DNA of 25,248 bases from a virus (IMGVR_UViG_2609459844_000006:1-25248); one strand, 5' to 3'; positions 16,359 through 25,111 are shown, numbered from the stretch's first letter. The notes: generated by a model not told the origin, from the letters alone. Numbers and translations are program-made.

Positions 16359-17411
16359 ATGGAAAATACTGTAAAAATAAACAGTATCGAGTTAATCAAC
16401 GCTGATAGCCTGCATTACGTCGCCACCCTCCCGGATAACTCTATTGATCTGATAGTTACGGATCCGCCTTACTTCAAAGTGAAGCCCAACGGCTGGGACA
16501 ACCAATGGAAAGGGGACGAGGACTACTTACGCTGGCTTGATAGCTGTCTGGCTGAGTATGCTCGCGTTCTTAAACCTGCTGGCAGCATTTACCTGTTTTG
16601 CGGTCACCGACTGGCCTCAGACATAGAGATTATGATGCGTGCCCGGTTCAACGTTTTGAATCATATAATTTGGGCAAAACCATCGGGCCGCTGGAATGGT
16701 TGTAACAAAGAAAGCCTGCGTGCGTACTTTCCATCTACGGAACGGATTTTGTTTGCAGAGCGCTATCCTGGCCCGTACACAGGTAAAGAGGATGTTTACG
16801 AAAGGAAAAGCACAGAGCTAAAGCAGCACATTATGACGCCGCTGATTGATTACTTCCGTAATGCCCGTGAATCACTGGGTGTCAGTGCGAAAGAAATAGC
16901 TGAGGCAACCGGAAAGAAAAACATGGCGTCACACTGGTTTGGTGCAAGCCAATGGCAACTACCGAATGAAGTGGACTACAAAAAATTACAGGAACTATTC
17001 ACGCGGATCGCTATCGATAAGCACATTCAGCAGAAGCTTGAACATCCTCACCACCAGCTGGTGGCTACCTACCAGTCATTAAACCGCAAGTATTCAGAAT
17101 TGCTGGAGGAATACAAAATCCTTCGGCGCTGCTTCTCTGTTTCCGCTCTTGTTCCGTATACCGACGTATGGACGCATAAGCCTGTTCAGTTTTATCCAGG
17201 CAAACATCCATGCGAAAAACCTGCCGATATGCTGAAGCAGATCATTAGCGCCAGCAGCAGGCCGGGGGATATCGTTGCCGATTTCTTTATGGGTTCTGGT
17301 TCAACGGTGAAAGCTGCAATAGCACTTGGCCGTCGGGCTATCGGTGTAGAACTGGAAGCAGACAGGTTTATTCAGACCACTGAAGAGGTGGAAAAACTGA
17401 ACAAAACATAA
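16359..17411 (+). CDS. orphan DNA methyltransferase (N6-adenine/N4-cytosine, beta-class motif order)
   Basis: DPPY motif (LIVTDPPYF) near N-terminus and FxGxG SAM-binding motif (FFMGSGST) near C-terminus; no adjacent restriction endonuclease candidate. Confidence 0.8.
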   Translation: MENTVKINSIELINADSLHYVATLPDNSIDLIVTDPPYFKVKPNGWDNQWKGDEDYLRWLDSCLAEYARVLKPAGSIYLFCGHRLASDIEIMMRARFNVLNHIIWAKPSGRWNGCNKESLRAYFPSTERILFAERYPGPYTGKEDVYERKSTELKQHIMTPLIDYFRNARESLGVSAKEIAEATGKKNMASHWFGASQWQLPNEVDYKKLQELFTRIAIDKHIQQKLEHPHHQLVATYQSLNRKYSELLEEYKILRRCFSVSALVPYTDVWTHKPVQFYPGKHPCEKPADMLKQIISASSRPGDIVADFFMGSGSTVKAAIALGRRAIGVELEADRFIQTTEEVEKLNKT

Positions 17412-17557
17412 CGATCATCACGCCCCTGTGGATGTGGTGAGCACCATTTTCAGGCACCGGGAATCATCCTTACTTTTATTTGAACAAAAGAGCCCGGTTG
17501 CCTGATTCCACATCCCCTCATTTCTGAGAGGAATCACAGCAATTAAGAGGGGGCTAA

Positions 17558-17944
17558 ATGTCCGATCCGATTTCCGGTTCTGGGATGGCTGGTGGTGTCC
17601 TGACGGGGGCCAGCGTCTATGGATTTCTGTCCGGAACCGATTACGGCGTGGTGTTTGGCGCATTTGCCGGGGCTGTATTTTACATTGCAACCGCAGCGGA
17701 TCTAAGTGCAGCGCGCCGACTGGCATATTTTCTGGTGTCGTATATCGCGGGGATCCTTTGTTCCGGGCTGGTGGGTTCAAAGCTGGCTCAGGCTACCGGC
17801 TACAGTGATAAACCACTGGATGCCATTGGCGCCGTAATCGTTTCTGCTTTAGCCGTCAAAATCCTGACATTCCTGAATAATCAGGATGTCGGCTCGCTGG
17901 TGGCGCTGATAACGCGCCGGGGAGGTTCAGGTGGTACAAAATGA
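17558..17944 (+). CDS. putative holin (small multi-TM membrane protein)
   Basis: 128-aa ORF with AGAGGGGG SD; Gly/Ala-rich hydrophobic segments consistent with 3 TM helices; immediately upstream of endolysin. Confidence 0.55.
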   Translation: MSDPISGSGMAGGVLTGASVYGFLSGTDYGVVFGAFAGAVFYIATAADLSAARRLAYFLVSYIAGILCSGLVGSKLAQATGYSDKPLDAIGAVIVSALAVKILTFLNNQDVGSLVALITRRGGSGGTK

Positions 17945-18212
17945 CCCATCGGCAACTTTTAATGCATTGCTTTGTGCTGGGGTAGTGTTAACCCTGATGT
18001 TTTACCGTCGCGGCGACTCGCGACATCGACCGTGGATATCTCGCTTAGCGTGGCTGCTTACGGTCATCTACAGCGCCGTTCCGCTGGCGTATCTGTGCGG
18101 TATTTACCCGTACTCATCATGGGCCACTATCGGGGCCAACTTTATTTTCCTGTCCGTGCTGGTCGCCGTAAGAGGCAACGTGGCACGTCTGGTTGATCAT
18201 CTGAGGCACTAA
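17931..18212 (+). CDS. second small membrane protein (holin/antiholin-like)
   Basis: GTG start with GGAGG SD 5 nt upstream; 93 aa with hydrophobic helices; overlaps upstream gene by 14 nt and abuts endolysin start. Confidence 0.45.
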   Translation: MVQNDPSATFNALLCAGVVLTLMFYRRGDSRHRPWISRLAWLLTVIYSAVPLAYLCGIYPYSSWATIGANFIFLSVLVAVRGNVARLVDHLRH

Positions 18213-18826
18213 TGAACCAATCACAATTTCAGCAGGCGGCTGGTATCAGCGCCGGGCTTTCTGCGCGCTGGTTTCCGCACATTGACGCGGCAATGAAAGA
18301 GTTTGGCATTACAGCTACGAACGATCTGGCTATGTTCATCGCCCAGGTTGGGCATGAGTCTGCTGGCTTTACCTCGCTGGTGGAAAGCTTCAACTACTCG
18401 GTAGAGGGGCTGAAGAAAACCTTTGGTAAACGGCTTACTCCTTATCAGTGTGAAATGCTGGGTCGTGTCGATGGTAAACAGGTGGCCCACCAGCCGCAAA
18501 TAGCCAATCTGGTTTATGGTGACCGCATGGGGAATAACAGCCAGGGTGACGGCTGGAAATATCGCGGTCGCGGCCTGCTGCAAATCACGGGTCGTGAGAA
18601 CTACACCAAATGCGGCACGGCGCTGAAACTTGACCTTATCAGTACGCCAGAATTGCTAACGCAAGAGCGACATGCGGCTCATTCTGCTGCGTGGTACTTC
18701 ACGTTACGCGGTTGTCTGATGTATTCGGGTGACGTGGCACGCGTTACGCAGATTATTAACGGCGGACAGAACGGCATTAAAGACCGCCGTGAACGTTACG
18801 CCAAAGCTAAAGCTGCACTGGTGTGA
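18212..18826 (+). CDS. endolysin (glycoside hydrolase family 19-like lysozyme)
   Basis: 204-aa soluble protein with MFIAQVGHESAGF segment resembling GH19 chitinase-type phage endolysins; positioned between holin-like and spanin-like genes. Confidence 0.7.
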   Translation: MNQSQFQQAAGISAGLSARWFPHIDAAMKEFGITATNDLAMFIAQVGHESAGFTSLVESFNYSVEGLKKTFGKRLTPYQCEMLGRVDGKQVAHQPQIANLVYGDRMGNNSQGDGWKYRGRGLLQITGRENYTKCGTALKLDLISTPELLTQERHAAHSAAWYFTLRGCLMYSGDVARVTQIINGGQNGIKDRRERYAKAKAALV

Positions 18827-18833
18827 GGTCAGT

Positions 18834-19103
18834 ATGGGGCTTGAAATGATTATCGGCCTGGTTGTTGCTGTGCTGGCTGCAATTGCAGGTGCTTTTGGGC
18901 TGGGCAAATCACGCGGTACCAGTATCGCTGAAACAAAAGCGGACCAACAACGCACTGAAGAACGTGCAATAGCTATTGAAGCGGTCGCAGAACGCCGGGT
19001 AGAAACAACAAAAGGAGCCAGGGATGTACAGCAGACTGTTAATCATCTTCCTGATGACGATGTTGACCGTGAGTTGCGCGAAAACTTTACCCGCAAAACC
19101 TGA
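18834..19103 (+). CDS. putative i-spanin (Rz-like; N-terminal TM helix + charged helical region)
   Basis: ATG 18834 after GAGG; N-terminal TM helix (IIGLVVAVLAAIAGAFGL) then charged alpha-helical segment; 3' end overlapped by lipoprotein ORF in another frame. Confidence 0.45.
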   Translation: MGLEMIIGLVVAVLAAIAGAFGLGKSRGTSIAETKADQQRTEERAIAIEAVAERRVETTKGARDVQQTVNHLPDDDVDRELRENFTRKT

Positions 19104-19248
19104 AGTAACGGACACGGCCTGTGACTGGGTAAGGCCAATCTATCTGACTGAACATGATATCGATGTTATGGACAAGCTTACAAAAAGAGACATCCTGATG
19201 CACAATAAGACGACTTCAAAAAACTGTCCAAAAAAAGATAATAATTAG
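19024..19248 (+). CDS. putative o-spanin (Rz1-like lipoprotein)
   Basis: Signal peptide with lipobox LTVSC; ORF start embedded in the 3' end of the Rz-like gene as in Rz/Rz1 pairs; not proline-rich, so assignment is tentative. Confidence 0.45.
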   Translation: MYSRLLIIFLMTMLTVSCAKTLPAKPEVTDTACDWVRPIYLTEHDIDVMDKLTKRDILMHNKTTSKNCPKKDNN

Positions 19249-19427
19249 ATATAGAATATTCAATTAAATCATATGGTTGCATTGGGTGTCGGTGATGGTG
19301 AACAACGTAATGCCTCTTTGAGAGTTCAGATATTAATGTTATAGTAACTCATTGTTTATTAGACATTAGTGTTTATTATAATTGGTATTTACTAATAAAT
19401 ACTTTTTGCATAATGCTATAGGTATAC

Positions 19428-19751
19428 ATGATGTCATCATTTAGTAAAATAACATCTGCCTTAGATAAATTATCTAAGTTCAGATCTGATAGTTTTGAAG
19501 TAGTTAAAGGTTATATTGATTTCGTTATGCCAATGGTGGCTAAGGCACAAGAACTCAAAATGAAAGAAGATGATGGAACTATCTCCGATGAAGAAAAGAT
19601 TCTGATTAAATTTTATGACGCGCATTTTGAAGATTTTAAAACGGCATTGAACAAAATTTCTCAGTATAATGATTCGGTATCTGATAACTATATTAAGGCA
19701 ATTGATTTGCTTGGTGATGTTAAGGAGAACATTAACAATGCAGATAAATAA
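19428..19751 (+). CDS. hypothetical soluble acidic protein, AT-rich cargo gene 1
   Basis: 107-aa ORF in strongly AT-rich DNA; no recognised motif. Confidence 0.4.
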   Translation: MMSSFSKITSALDKLSKFRSDSFEVVKGYIDFVMPMVAKAQELKMKEDDGTISDEEKILIKFYDAHFEDFKTALNKISQYNDSVSDNYIKAIDLLGDVKENINNADK

Positions 19752-20118
19752 TGTCTCAGATATGTCTAATCTGCTTGATTCATTGAAAAAACAAGTAGGT
19801 AAAGCTGAAGATGCTGCTGATGATGCAGAGGGTAAGGCTAACTCCAGTTCAAAAAACGAAGGTAAAACACGCAGTGCGCTCACGATTAGTTTTTTAGTCG
19901 GTTTCTTCGTGTTGATTGCACTTAGTGGCTTGTTTGTGCTTTGGTATAATAACAGTGTTGTGTCATGGGTTATAAATTTGCAACAGGCAGGAGTTTCAGA
20001 TGCCTCAACTTATCTGAAACCTTTGGAGTTAGAAAAAGTCTTGTCTGTAATAATCGGAGCATTAGGCACATCACTTGGTTTTATTATTGGTTATTATTTT
20101 AAAGAAAAAAATAAATAG
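19738..20118 (+). CDS. hypothetical 2-TM membrane protein, AT-rich cargo gene 2
   Basis: Start at ATG 19738 with AAGGAGAAC SD; two hydrophobic helices (ALTISFLVGFFVLIALSGLFVLW and LSVIIGALGTSLGFIIGYYF); overlaps gene 1 by 14 nt. Confidence 0.45.
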   Translation: MQINNVSDMSNLLDSLKKQVGKAEDAADDAEGKANSSSKNEGKTRSALTISFLVGFFVLIALSGLFVLWYNNSVVSWVINLQQAGVSDASTYLKPLELEKVLSVIIGALGTSLGFIIGYYFKEKNK

Positions 20119-20240
20119 CTGTTTTCAGACTTAAACACCCTCGATTACTAACTTCAAGTTTATGGGGGTGTTATATCAAACATAATTAATTCAATGCGTT
20201 CTGAAATATTATTTAAATTTTAAAATCTAGTAGATACAAT

Positions 20241-20264
20241 GCCTCGCAATCGCGGGGCTTTTTT
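20241..20264 (+). terminator. intrinsic terminator after AT-rich cassette
   Basis: GCCTCGC-AATC-GCGGGGC hairpin followed by TTTTTT. Confidence 0.55.
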
Positions 20265-20363
20265 ATGCGCATCGCACGTACACATCGAAGAAATCTTAGT
20301 CATCAGTCCGGACGGGCGCTTACATACCCAGTCCGCCCGTTACCTTTTAAAATGGAAAAGCCA

Positions 20364-21107
20364 ATGAAAGCCAAAGAATTTTTGAACAGCCATAAACTTG
20401 TGGTTATCAGTGATTTTATAAAAAGCATTGAAGCCATCCCTGAACAGAAATGGCTGCATGACTTTATGCAGGATGAATTAGCCTATCTGATTGAACGTGG
20501 TATGAACTGGGCAAAATTCGATGATGATGTGCCTGCTGAGATGATTCGAAGCGCTGCATGGTTAGTGGCTATGTCTAAAGCCTACTCAGGAAATTATCCC
20601 GTGAAACAGGTAGCCAATCCATCTCAAATAATTCAGGCATGGAGTGTTAAAAAAGATGGCAAACAGTATGCAGCCACTTTTAAAATAGCCATTGATACCA
20701 GTGAGGCTATTGCTGCTGTTGAAGTACTGGGTAAGAAAATTAAAGATGTTATTAATTCATTATCTATCGAAGATGAAATTAAAATTAAAAAATATGAATT
20801 ATCACATCTGACTTCCAGAAGTATGAATAAAGAAATGGTTGAACGTATCAGGCATATAGTTGATAAAGCTGCGAAGCATTGTCTTGATGGCCGGGCTATC
20901 CCAGAACAGAATAATAAAATTTCAGAAGCAACTTTCTGCTCTGTTGAGAGCACCGGCAGCATTGAACAGCAAGCGTTGAGCACTGTACTTGGAAATACCT
21001 TACACAATATTCCAGTCAGTGATGCTTCTTCTGTGGCGGTTGAGTTAGCTCAGGCTGTGAAAGCAGCATTTGATGTGCTGGAAAATAAGAATGCCGCCAC
21101 GCGCTAA
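20364..21107 (+). CDS. hypothetical protein (248 aa), function unknown
   Basis: Start chosen at ATG 20364 (MKAKEFLNSH...); ORF-track start 20265 lies inside the upstream terminator T-run and is unlikely. Confidence 0.45.
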   Translation: MKAKEFLNSHKLVVISDFIKSIEAIPEQKWLHDFMQDELAYLIERGMNWAKFDDDVPAEMIRSAAWLVAMSKAYSGNYPVKQVANPSQIIQAWSVKKDGKQYAATFKIAIDTSEAIAAVEVLGKKIKDVINSLSIEDEIKIKKYELSHLTSRSMNKEMVERIRHIVDKAAKHCLDGRAIPEQNNKISEATFCSVESTGSIEQQALSTVLGNTLHNIPVSDASSVAVELAQAVKAAFDVLENKNAATR

Positions 21108-21453
21108 ACGCCCATGCCGGCACAAGGGATGTGCGGCAATCACCAACGATACCAGCGGGTATTGTGAACAACACCGCCAGCAGCATGCCGGTGATGGCTG
21201 GCGCAACTATCAGGCAGGTAAAAGCAGGCAAGAACGAGGGTACGGTCGGCCCTGGGAAATCATACGGGCGCGCATCCTCCGGCGTGATCAATACCTGTGT
21301 CAGAAGCATCGACGGCAGAAGATAGCGAAGAAAGCGACCAGCGTTGACCACATCATTCCAAAAGCTCATGGCGGCACTGATGACGATTCCAACCTAGAGT
21401 CGTTATGCTGGGAATGCCACAGAGCGAAGACAGCAAGAGAACGTATTCGATGA
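21091..21453 (+). CDS. HNH endonuclease (phage packaging-associated type)
   Basis: Classic HNH motif VDHIIPKAHGGTDDDSNLESLCWECHRAKT plus N-terminal Cys cluster; start assumed at ATG 21091. Confidence 0.75.
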   Translation: MPPRAKRPCRHKGCAAITNDTSGYCEQHRQQHAGDGWRNYQAGKSRQERGYGRPWEIIRARILRRDQYLCQKHRRQKIAKKATSVDHIIPKAHGGTDDDSNLESLCWECHRAKTARERIR

Positions 21454-21538
21454 TAATATTCACTGCTGTAATGCATAAGAACAGTTTCTACATTCATGCA
21501 GATACCGGAAGATAAACGCGCAGCTTAAAGAGTCAGAC

Positions 21539-23869
21539 ATGGCGGCCAGCGTCGCCAAACAACGGGTGGCTGCGGCGGGAAAGGCAGCGGCAGAAGCGGA
21601 GGCACTGGAAGCACTCGGAAAGTCGAAGCTCTCGGATGCTATGCGTCTTATCAGCGCCAGGAACTATGAGATTTCTCTGTCAGCGCGTGCCGCCGCCGCG
21701 GGTACCGCGTTGCTGAACGGTGCACTGGCGATGGTAGGCGGGCCGGTCGGTCTGGGGATTATTGCGCTGGTTTCTGGCGTGACGGCACTGTGGTCTGCCT
21801 ACAGCAAAGCTGAAGAAAAAACGAAAGCCCTGAATGCGGCATTACTGCAAGGCAATAGTGGCGCGTCACTCAGCCTGACCCGGATCCGGGCGCTGAATAA
21901 AAGCCTGGGTGACACGGATGGCTCCATGAAGGCAGTGACGGCCGCGGTTAAGGCCGGGTTCAGCGGCGAGATGCTGGATCGCGTGTCCTCACTCGGTAGC
22001 CAGCTGGAATCACTGGGTGGGAATGCTGATGAGCTGGTCCGACAGCTGTCATCCATCAGTGGCGATCCGATCAAAGCGATGCAGGATGCCACGCAGCAGG
22101 GATACGAATTTAATGCTGCACAGATAGAACAGATTGCCACCCTGGCCCGCCTGGGTAAAACCGCCGAGGCGGTGGCGCTGGTGCAGAAAATCATGCTTGA
22201 TGACGTTGCGGACAAAATGAAGGAGCAACAGCGTCAGACTGAGGAGAGCATTGGCTGGTGGGAGAAGCTGAAGAAAGCTGTTTCTGAAGGGCTTGAGGGC
22301 TACGCTTCAGCGCAGATTGAGACCAGTCGCGCGATGGCGGCCGCGGTGGGGGTGGATATTGATGAGCCCGCCCGAAAGCTCAAAGAGAAGCGGGACGAAG
22401 AGAATAAACAGGAGGAAGACCGGGCTCAGGCCGCCCGTCAGCGCCAGGATGAGCAGAGCAAAGAAATCACCGCCCGGATAAATCTGGCCGCCTGGATCAA
22501 GGCCGGGACGGATAAAACCCGTCTTGCAGCAGAAGCCACCGCCGATCTCAGTACCCGCTATAAGGCCGGAAAAATCACCGCTGATGAGTACGCTTCTGCC
22601 CTGAGAGGGATAGACAAACTCTACGGTGATAAAAAAACCGGGGTGTCCGCCCATCAGGACAGCGAGGGTGTTCGCCGTCTGGCGCAACTGAAGCAACAGG
22701 AAGTGGTGCTGAAAGCGCAGGGGCGTGAAACGGAGCGGATGGGTGAAAGTCAGAAAAAATTACTGGCTTTTGAACAGGAAATCGCGTCTTACGCCGGGAA
22801 AAAACTGACAAAGGCCCAGGAAAGCGTACTGGCTATGCAGGATCAACTGCGTGCCCAGCTTGAAACTAACGCAGCCCTGGAGAAGCAAAACGCACAACGT
22901 AATCTGGCTGTGACGCTTGAAAAACAACTCCGGGATGTCAGGGAGGAAACGGCACGCCGTCAGCAGGAGCAGAATAACGCTGCTGCTCAGGTGACGATGA
23001 GCGACCGGGAATATGAGCAGATGGTCACCCTGCAACAGATCCGTGAGGATTTTGCGCAGAAACAGAAAGCGCTCGATGAGGAGGTAAAAGACCATTCATC
23101 AGTGCTTTACCAGGCACAGACACAGGCGCTTGCCGAAGAAATGCAGAGGCAGACTGAAATCGTCAAAAAAGGCGCCGAAGACAAAAAAGCGGCTGAGGAG
23201 GATTTTGCGGGAGCTGCCGCCGCAGGCATGAAGAACTGGATGGACAAGGCCGGTAACTATGCACAGCAGATAAAGGACGCTGTGTCGAGCGCCATGGACG
23301 GGCTGGCGGATAATATTGTCGCCACCCTTAACGGCAATAAAAGCTCATGGCGTGACTGGGGGACGATGATACTCCAGACCATTCAGAAAATTCTGGTGAA
23401 TGCCGCGCTGGTTAACGGCCTGAAGGCACTGGGCGGATCACTGGGTGGTGCCGGAGGGATCCTGGGAGGGATTGGCAGTGCAATTTCCGGTGTGGTGGGT
23501 AATGCCCGGGGGGGCGTCTATGACTCTCCGGGACTCAGTGCTTACAGCTCTACTGTCGTCGACAGGCCCACGCTGTTTCCGTTTGCCAAAGGGGCGGGAC
23601 TGATGGGGGAAGCGGGGCCGGAAGCGATTATGCCGCTGACCAGAGACAGTAAAGGTCGTCTGGCCGTCACCGCGACGGGAATGGAAGGGACGGGAGGTAG
23701 CGTGGTGGTTAATCAGCAGTTCAGTGTGCACATACAGAATGACGGCAGTAACGGTGAAATAGGCCCCGGCGCGCTGAAGATGGTGTATGAGATTGCCGAA
23801 CAGGCAGCAATGAAAACACTGACTGTGCAGGGGCGTGATGGTGGCAGGCTGAGCGGAGCATACAGATGA
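21539..23869 (+). CDS. tail tape measure protein (lambda gpH-like), probably N-terminally truncated
   Basis: 776-aa Ala/Gln/Glu-rich coiled-coil protein; C-terminal region (GPEAIMPLTRDSKGRLAV ... NDGSNGEIGPGALKMVYEIAEQ ... RDGGRLSGAYR) matches the gpH C-terminus; N-terminus appears to lack roughly the first 80 residues of lambda H. Confidence 0.8.
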   Translation: MAASVAKQRVAAAGKAAAEAEALEALGKSKLSDAMRLISARNYEISLSARAAAAGTALLNGALAMVGGPVGLGIIALVSGVTALWSAYSKAEEKTKALNAALLQGNSGASLSLTRIRALNKSLGDTDGSMKAVTAAVKAGFSGEMLDRVSSLGSQLESLGGNADELVRQLSSISGDPIKAMQDATQQGYEFNAAQIEQIATLARLGKTAEAVALVQKIMLDDVADKMKEQQRQTEESIGWWEKLKKAVSEGLEGYASAQIETSRAMAAAVGVDIDEPARKLKEKRDEENKQEEDRAQAARQRQDEQSKEITARINLAAWIKAGTDKTRLAAEATADLSTRYKAGKITADEYASALRGIDKLYGDKKTGVSAHQDSEGVRRLAQLKQQEVVLKAQGRETERMGESQKKLLAFEQEIASYAGKKLTKAQESVLAMQDQLRAQLETNAALEKQNAQRNLAVTLEKQLRDVREETARRQQEQNNAAAQVTMSDREYEQMVTLQQIREDFAQKQKALDEEVKDHSSVLYQAQTQALAEEMQRQTEIVKKGAEDKKAAEEDFAGAAAAGMKNWMDKAGNYAQQIKDAVSSAMDGLADNIVATLNGNKSSWRDWGTMILQTIQKILVNAALVNGLKALGGSLGGAGGILGGIGSAISGVVGNARGGVYDSPGLSAYSSTVVDRPTLFPFAKGAGLMGEAGPEAIMPLTRDSKGRLAVTATGMEGTGGSVVVNQQFSVHIQNDGSNGEIGPGALKMVYEIAEQAAMKTLTVQGRDGGRLSGAYR

Positions 23870-24210
23870 CAGTGCAACTGAAAACATTTCACTGGTCGCC
23901 CAGAGAAGGGATGAAGATGGCATCAAAGCCGTCTGTTGTCACGGTGAGATTTGGTGACGGGTATTCACAGCGCAGGGCGGCAGGGCTGAATGCGCAACTG
24001 AAAACGTGGTCGCCGGTATTCCGGGTTCAGGGAGAAAGGGAGATTCGCGCCCTGAATGATTTTCTGGATGCGCATGCAGGGTACCGGGCTTTTTTGTGGC
24101 GACCGCCGCTGGTGAACTGGCTGGTCAGAGTGATATGTCCTGAATGGGATGTCAGCAATCTGGGGGGTTACACTGATTTCTCATGCAGGTTTGAGCAGGT
24201 CGTGATTTAA
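23866..24210 (+). CDS. minor tail protein M (gpM-like)
   Basis: 114-aa ORF immediately after the tape measure gene (ATGA overlap), matching gpM size and position. Confidence 0.7.
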   Translation: MTVQLKTFHWSPREGMKMASKPSVVTVRFGDGYSQRRAAGLNAQLKTWSPVFRVQGEREIRALNDFLDAHAGYRAFLWRPPLVNWLVRVICPEWDVSNLGGYTDFSCRFEQVVI

Positions 24211-24324
24211 AGATCGAAGAATCGATCTGATCGATATATTTAATTGAACTTGTTCATCTGCTGGTGATGTTGTTCAGGCGCACGCCATGGTGCGCCTTAT
24301 AAACAAAAACTGAAGGGAAACAAT

Positions 24325-24987
24325 ATGAATAAGTTAGCAGTGGCTGTTCTGGCTATGTCGGTTTCTGGTGGTGTCGGAGTCGCAAATGCGGCAGCGGGCG
24401 ACAGTACGTTTTCTGTTGGTTATGCGCAGATTCATTCTAAAGGGCTAAAGAAAGAAGTTAATGCCACACGTGATGCTGTTAATGCAGTGTCTGACGCTGT
24501 TTATACGTTTGCCGGCCCCCTTCCTGCTGATGTATTCAGTGCTGATGCGGGTAAATATAAAGAGCCGGAAGGTCTTAACGTCAAATATCGTTATGAGTTT
24601 GACGACCGCTGGGGTGTTATTGGATCGTTTACCTGGGCGAGGTCAAAAACATCTGCGTATATTCAACTCGACGACCCGGACAGTAATACTTTTGCAAATG
24701 CTTCTGGCTCAGCTAAGGGGAATTACTTCACCGCCACATTTATTCTCGCTAACCCTGTTGAAACTGACGGCTCGGTGTTTCCAGCACGTATTATGCTGGC
24801 GGATATCTGTACGTGGACATACCGGGGAGATGAGTGCGGGTATGACGGCCCGCCGGTAGCCGATGAATTTGATAAACCCACCTCAGATCCTGCAAAGGAT
24901 CAATGCAGCAGATGTCCTGCAGGATGCAGGCTACGCAACAATATTGCCAGAGCAGGCTTTTTTATCTCCATTAACAAACTTTCCTGA
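24325..24987 (+). CDS. chimeric ORF: Ail/Lom/PagC-like outer-membrane protein N-terminus fused to minor tail protein L C-terminus
   Basis: N-terminal signal peptide and STFSVGYAQ...LNVKYRYEFDDRWGVIGSF match Ail/Lom/PagC beta-barrels; C-terminal ~95 aa (PVETDGSVFPARIMLADICTWTYRGDECGYDGPPVADEFDKPTSD..FISINKLS) matches the lambda gpL C-terminus. Confidence 0.55.
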   Translation: MNKLAVAVLAMSVSGGVGVANAAAGDSTFSVGYAQIHSKGLKKEVNATRDAVNAVSDAVYTFAGPLPADVFSADAGKYKEPEGLNVKYRYEFDDRWGVIGSFTWARSKTSAYIQLDDPDSNTFANASGSAKGNYFTATFILANPVETDGSVFPARIMLADICTWTYRGDECGYDGPPVADEFDKPTSDPAKDQCSRCPAGCRLRNNIARAGFFISINKLS

Positions 24988-25004
24988 CGGTGACGTTATG
25001 ACAA

Positions 25005-25111
25005 AAACAGAACAGGATATTCTGGCGCATGCCGCACAGTGTGCACCGGAGGAATCGTGCGGGTACCGGATGCGAAAATCAGCGCAGGAAACACAGTGCA
25101 GGTGGTGGTGA
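25005..25111 (+). pseudogene. gpK-like tail protein N-terminal fragment (frame lost after ~22 codons)
   Basis: MTKTEQDILAHAAQCAPEESCG resembles the N-terminus of JAB/MPN-type tail assembly protein K; the frame then reads non-protein-like sequence to a stop at 25111. Confidence 0.3.

Noticed and set aside
17418-17780. 120-aa minus-strand ORF overlapping the MTase-holin junction
   Set aside because: Antisense to the holin gene, which has a strong SD; Arg/Pro-rich non-protein-like translation.
20265-20363. ORF-track start (ATG 20265) for the 280-aa ORF
   Set aside because: That ATG lies within the T-run of the upstream intrinsic terminator and the N-terminal 33 residues are Arg/His-rich; a downstream ATG (20352 or 20364) is more plausible.
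21799-23926. Several minus-strand ORFs inside the tape measure gene (21799-22215, 22307-22696, 22575-22811, 22760-23095, 23438-23926)
   Set aside because: Antisense shadow ORFs within a long, well-supported coding region of biased composition.
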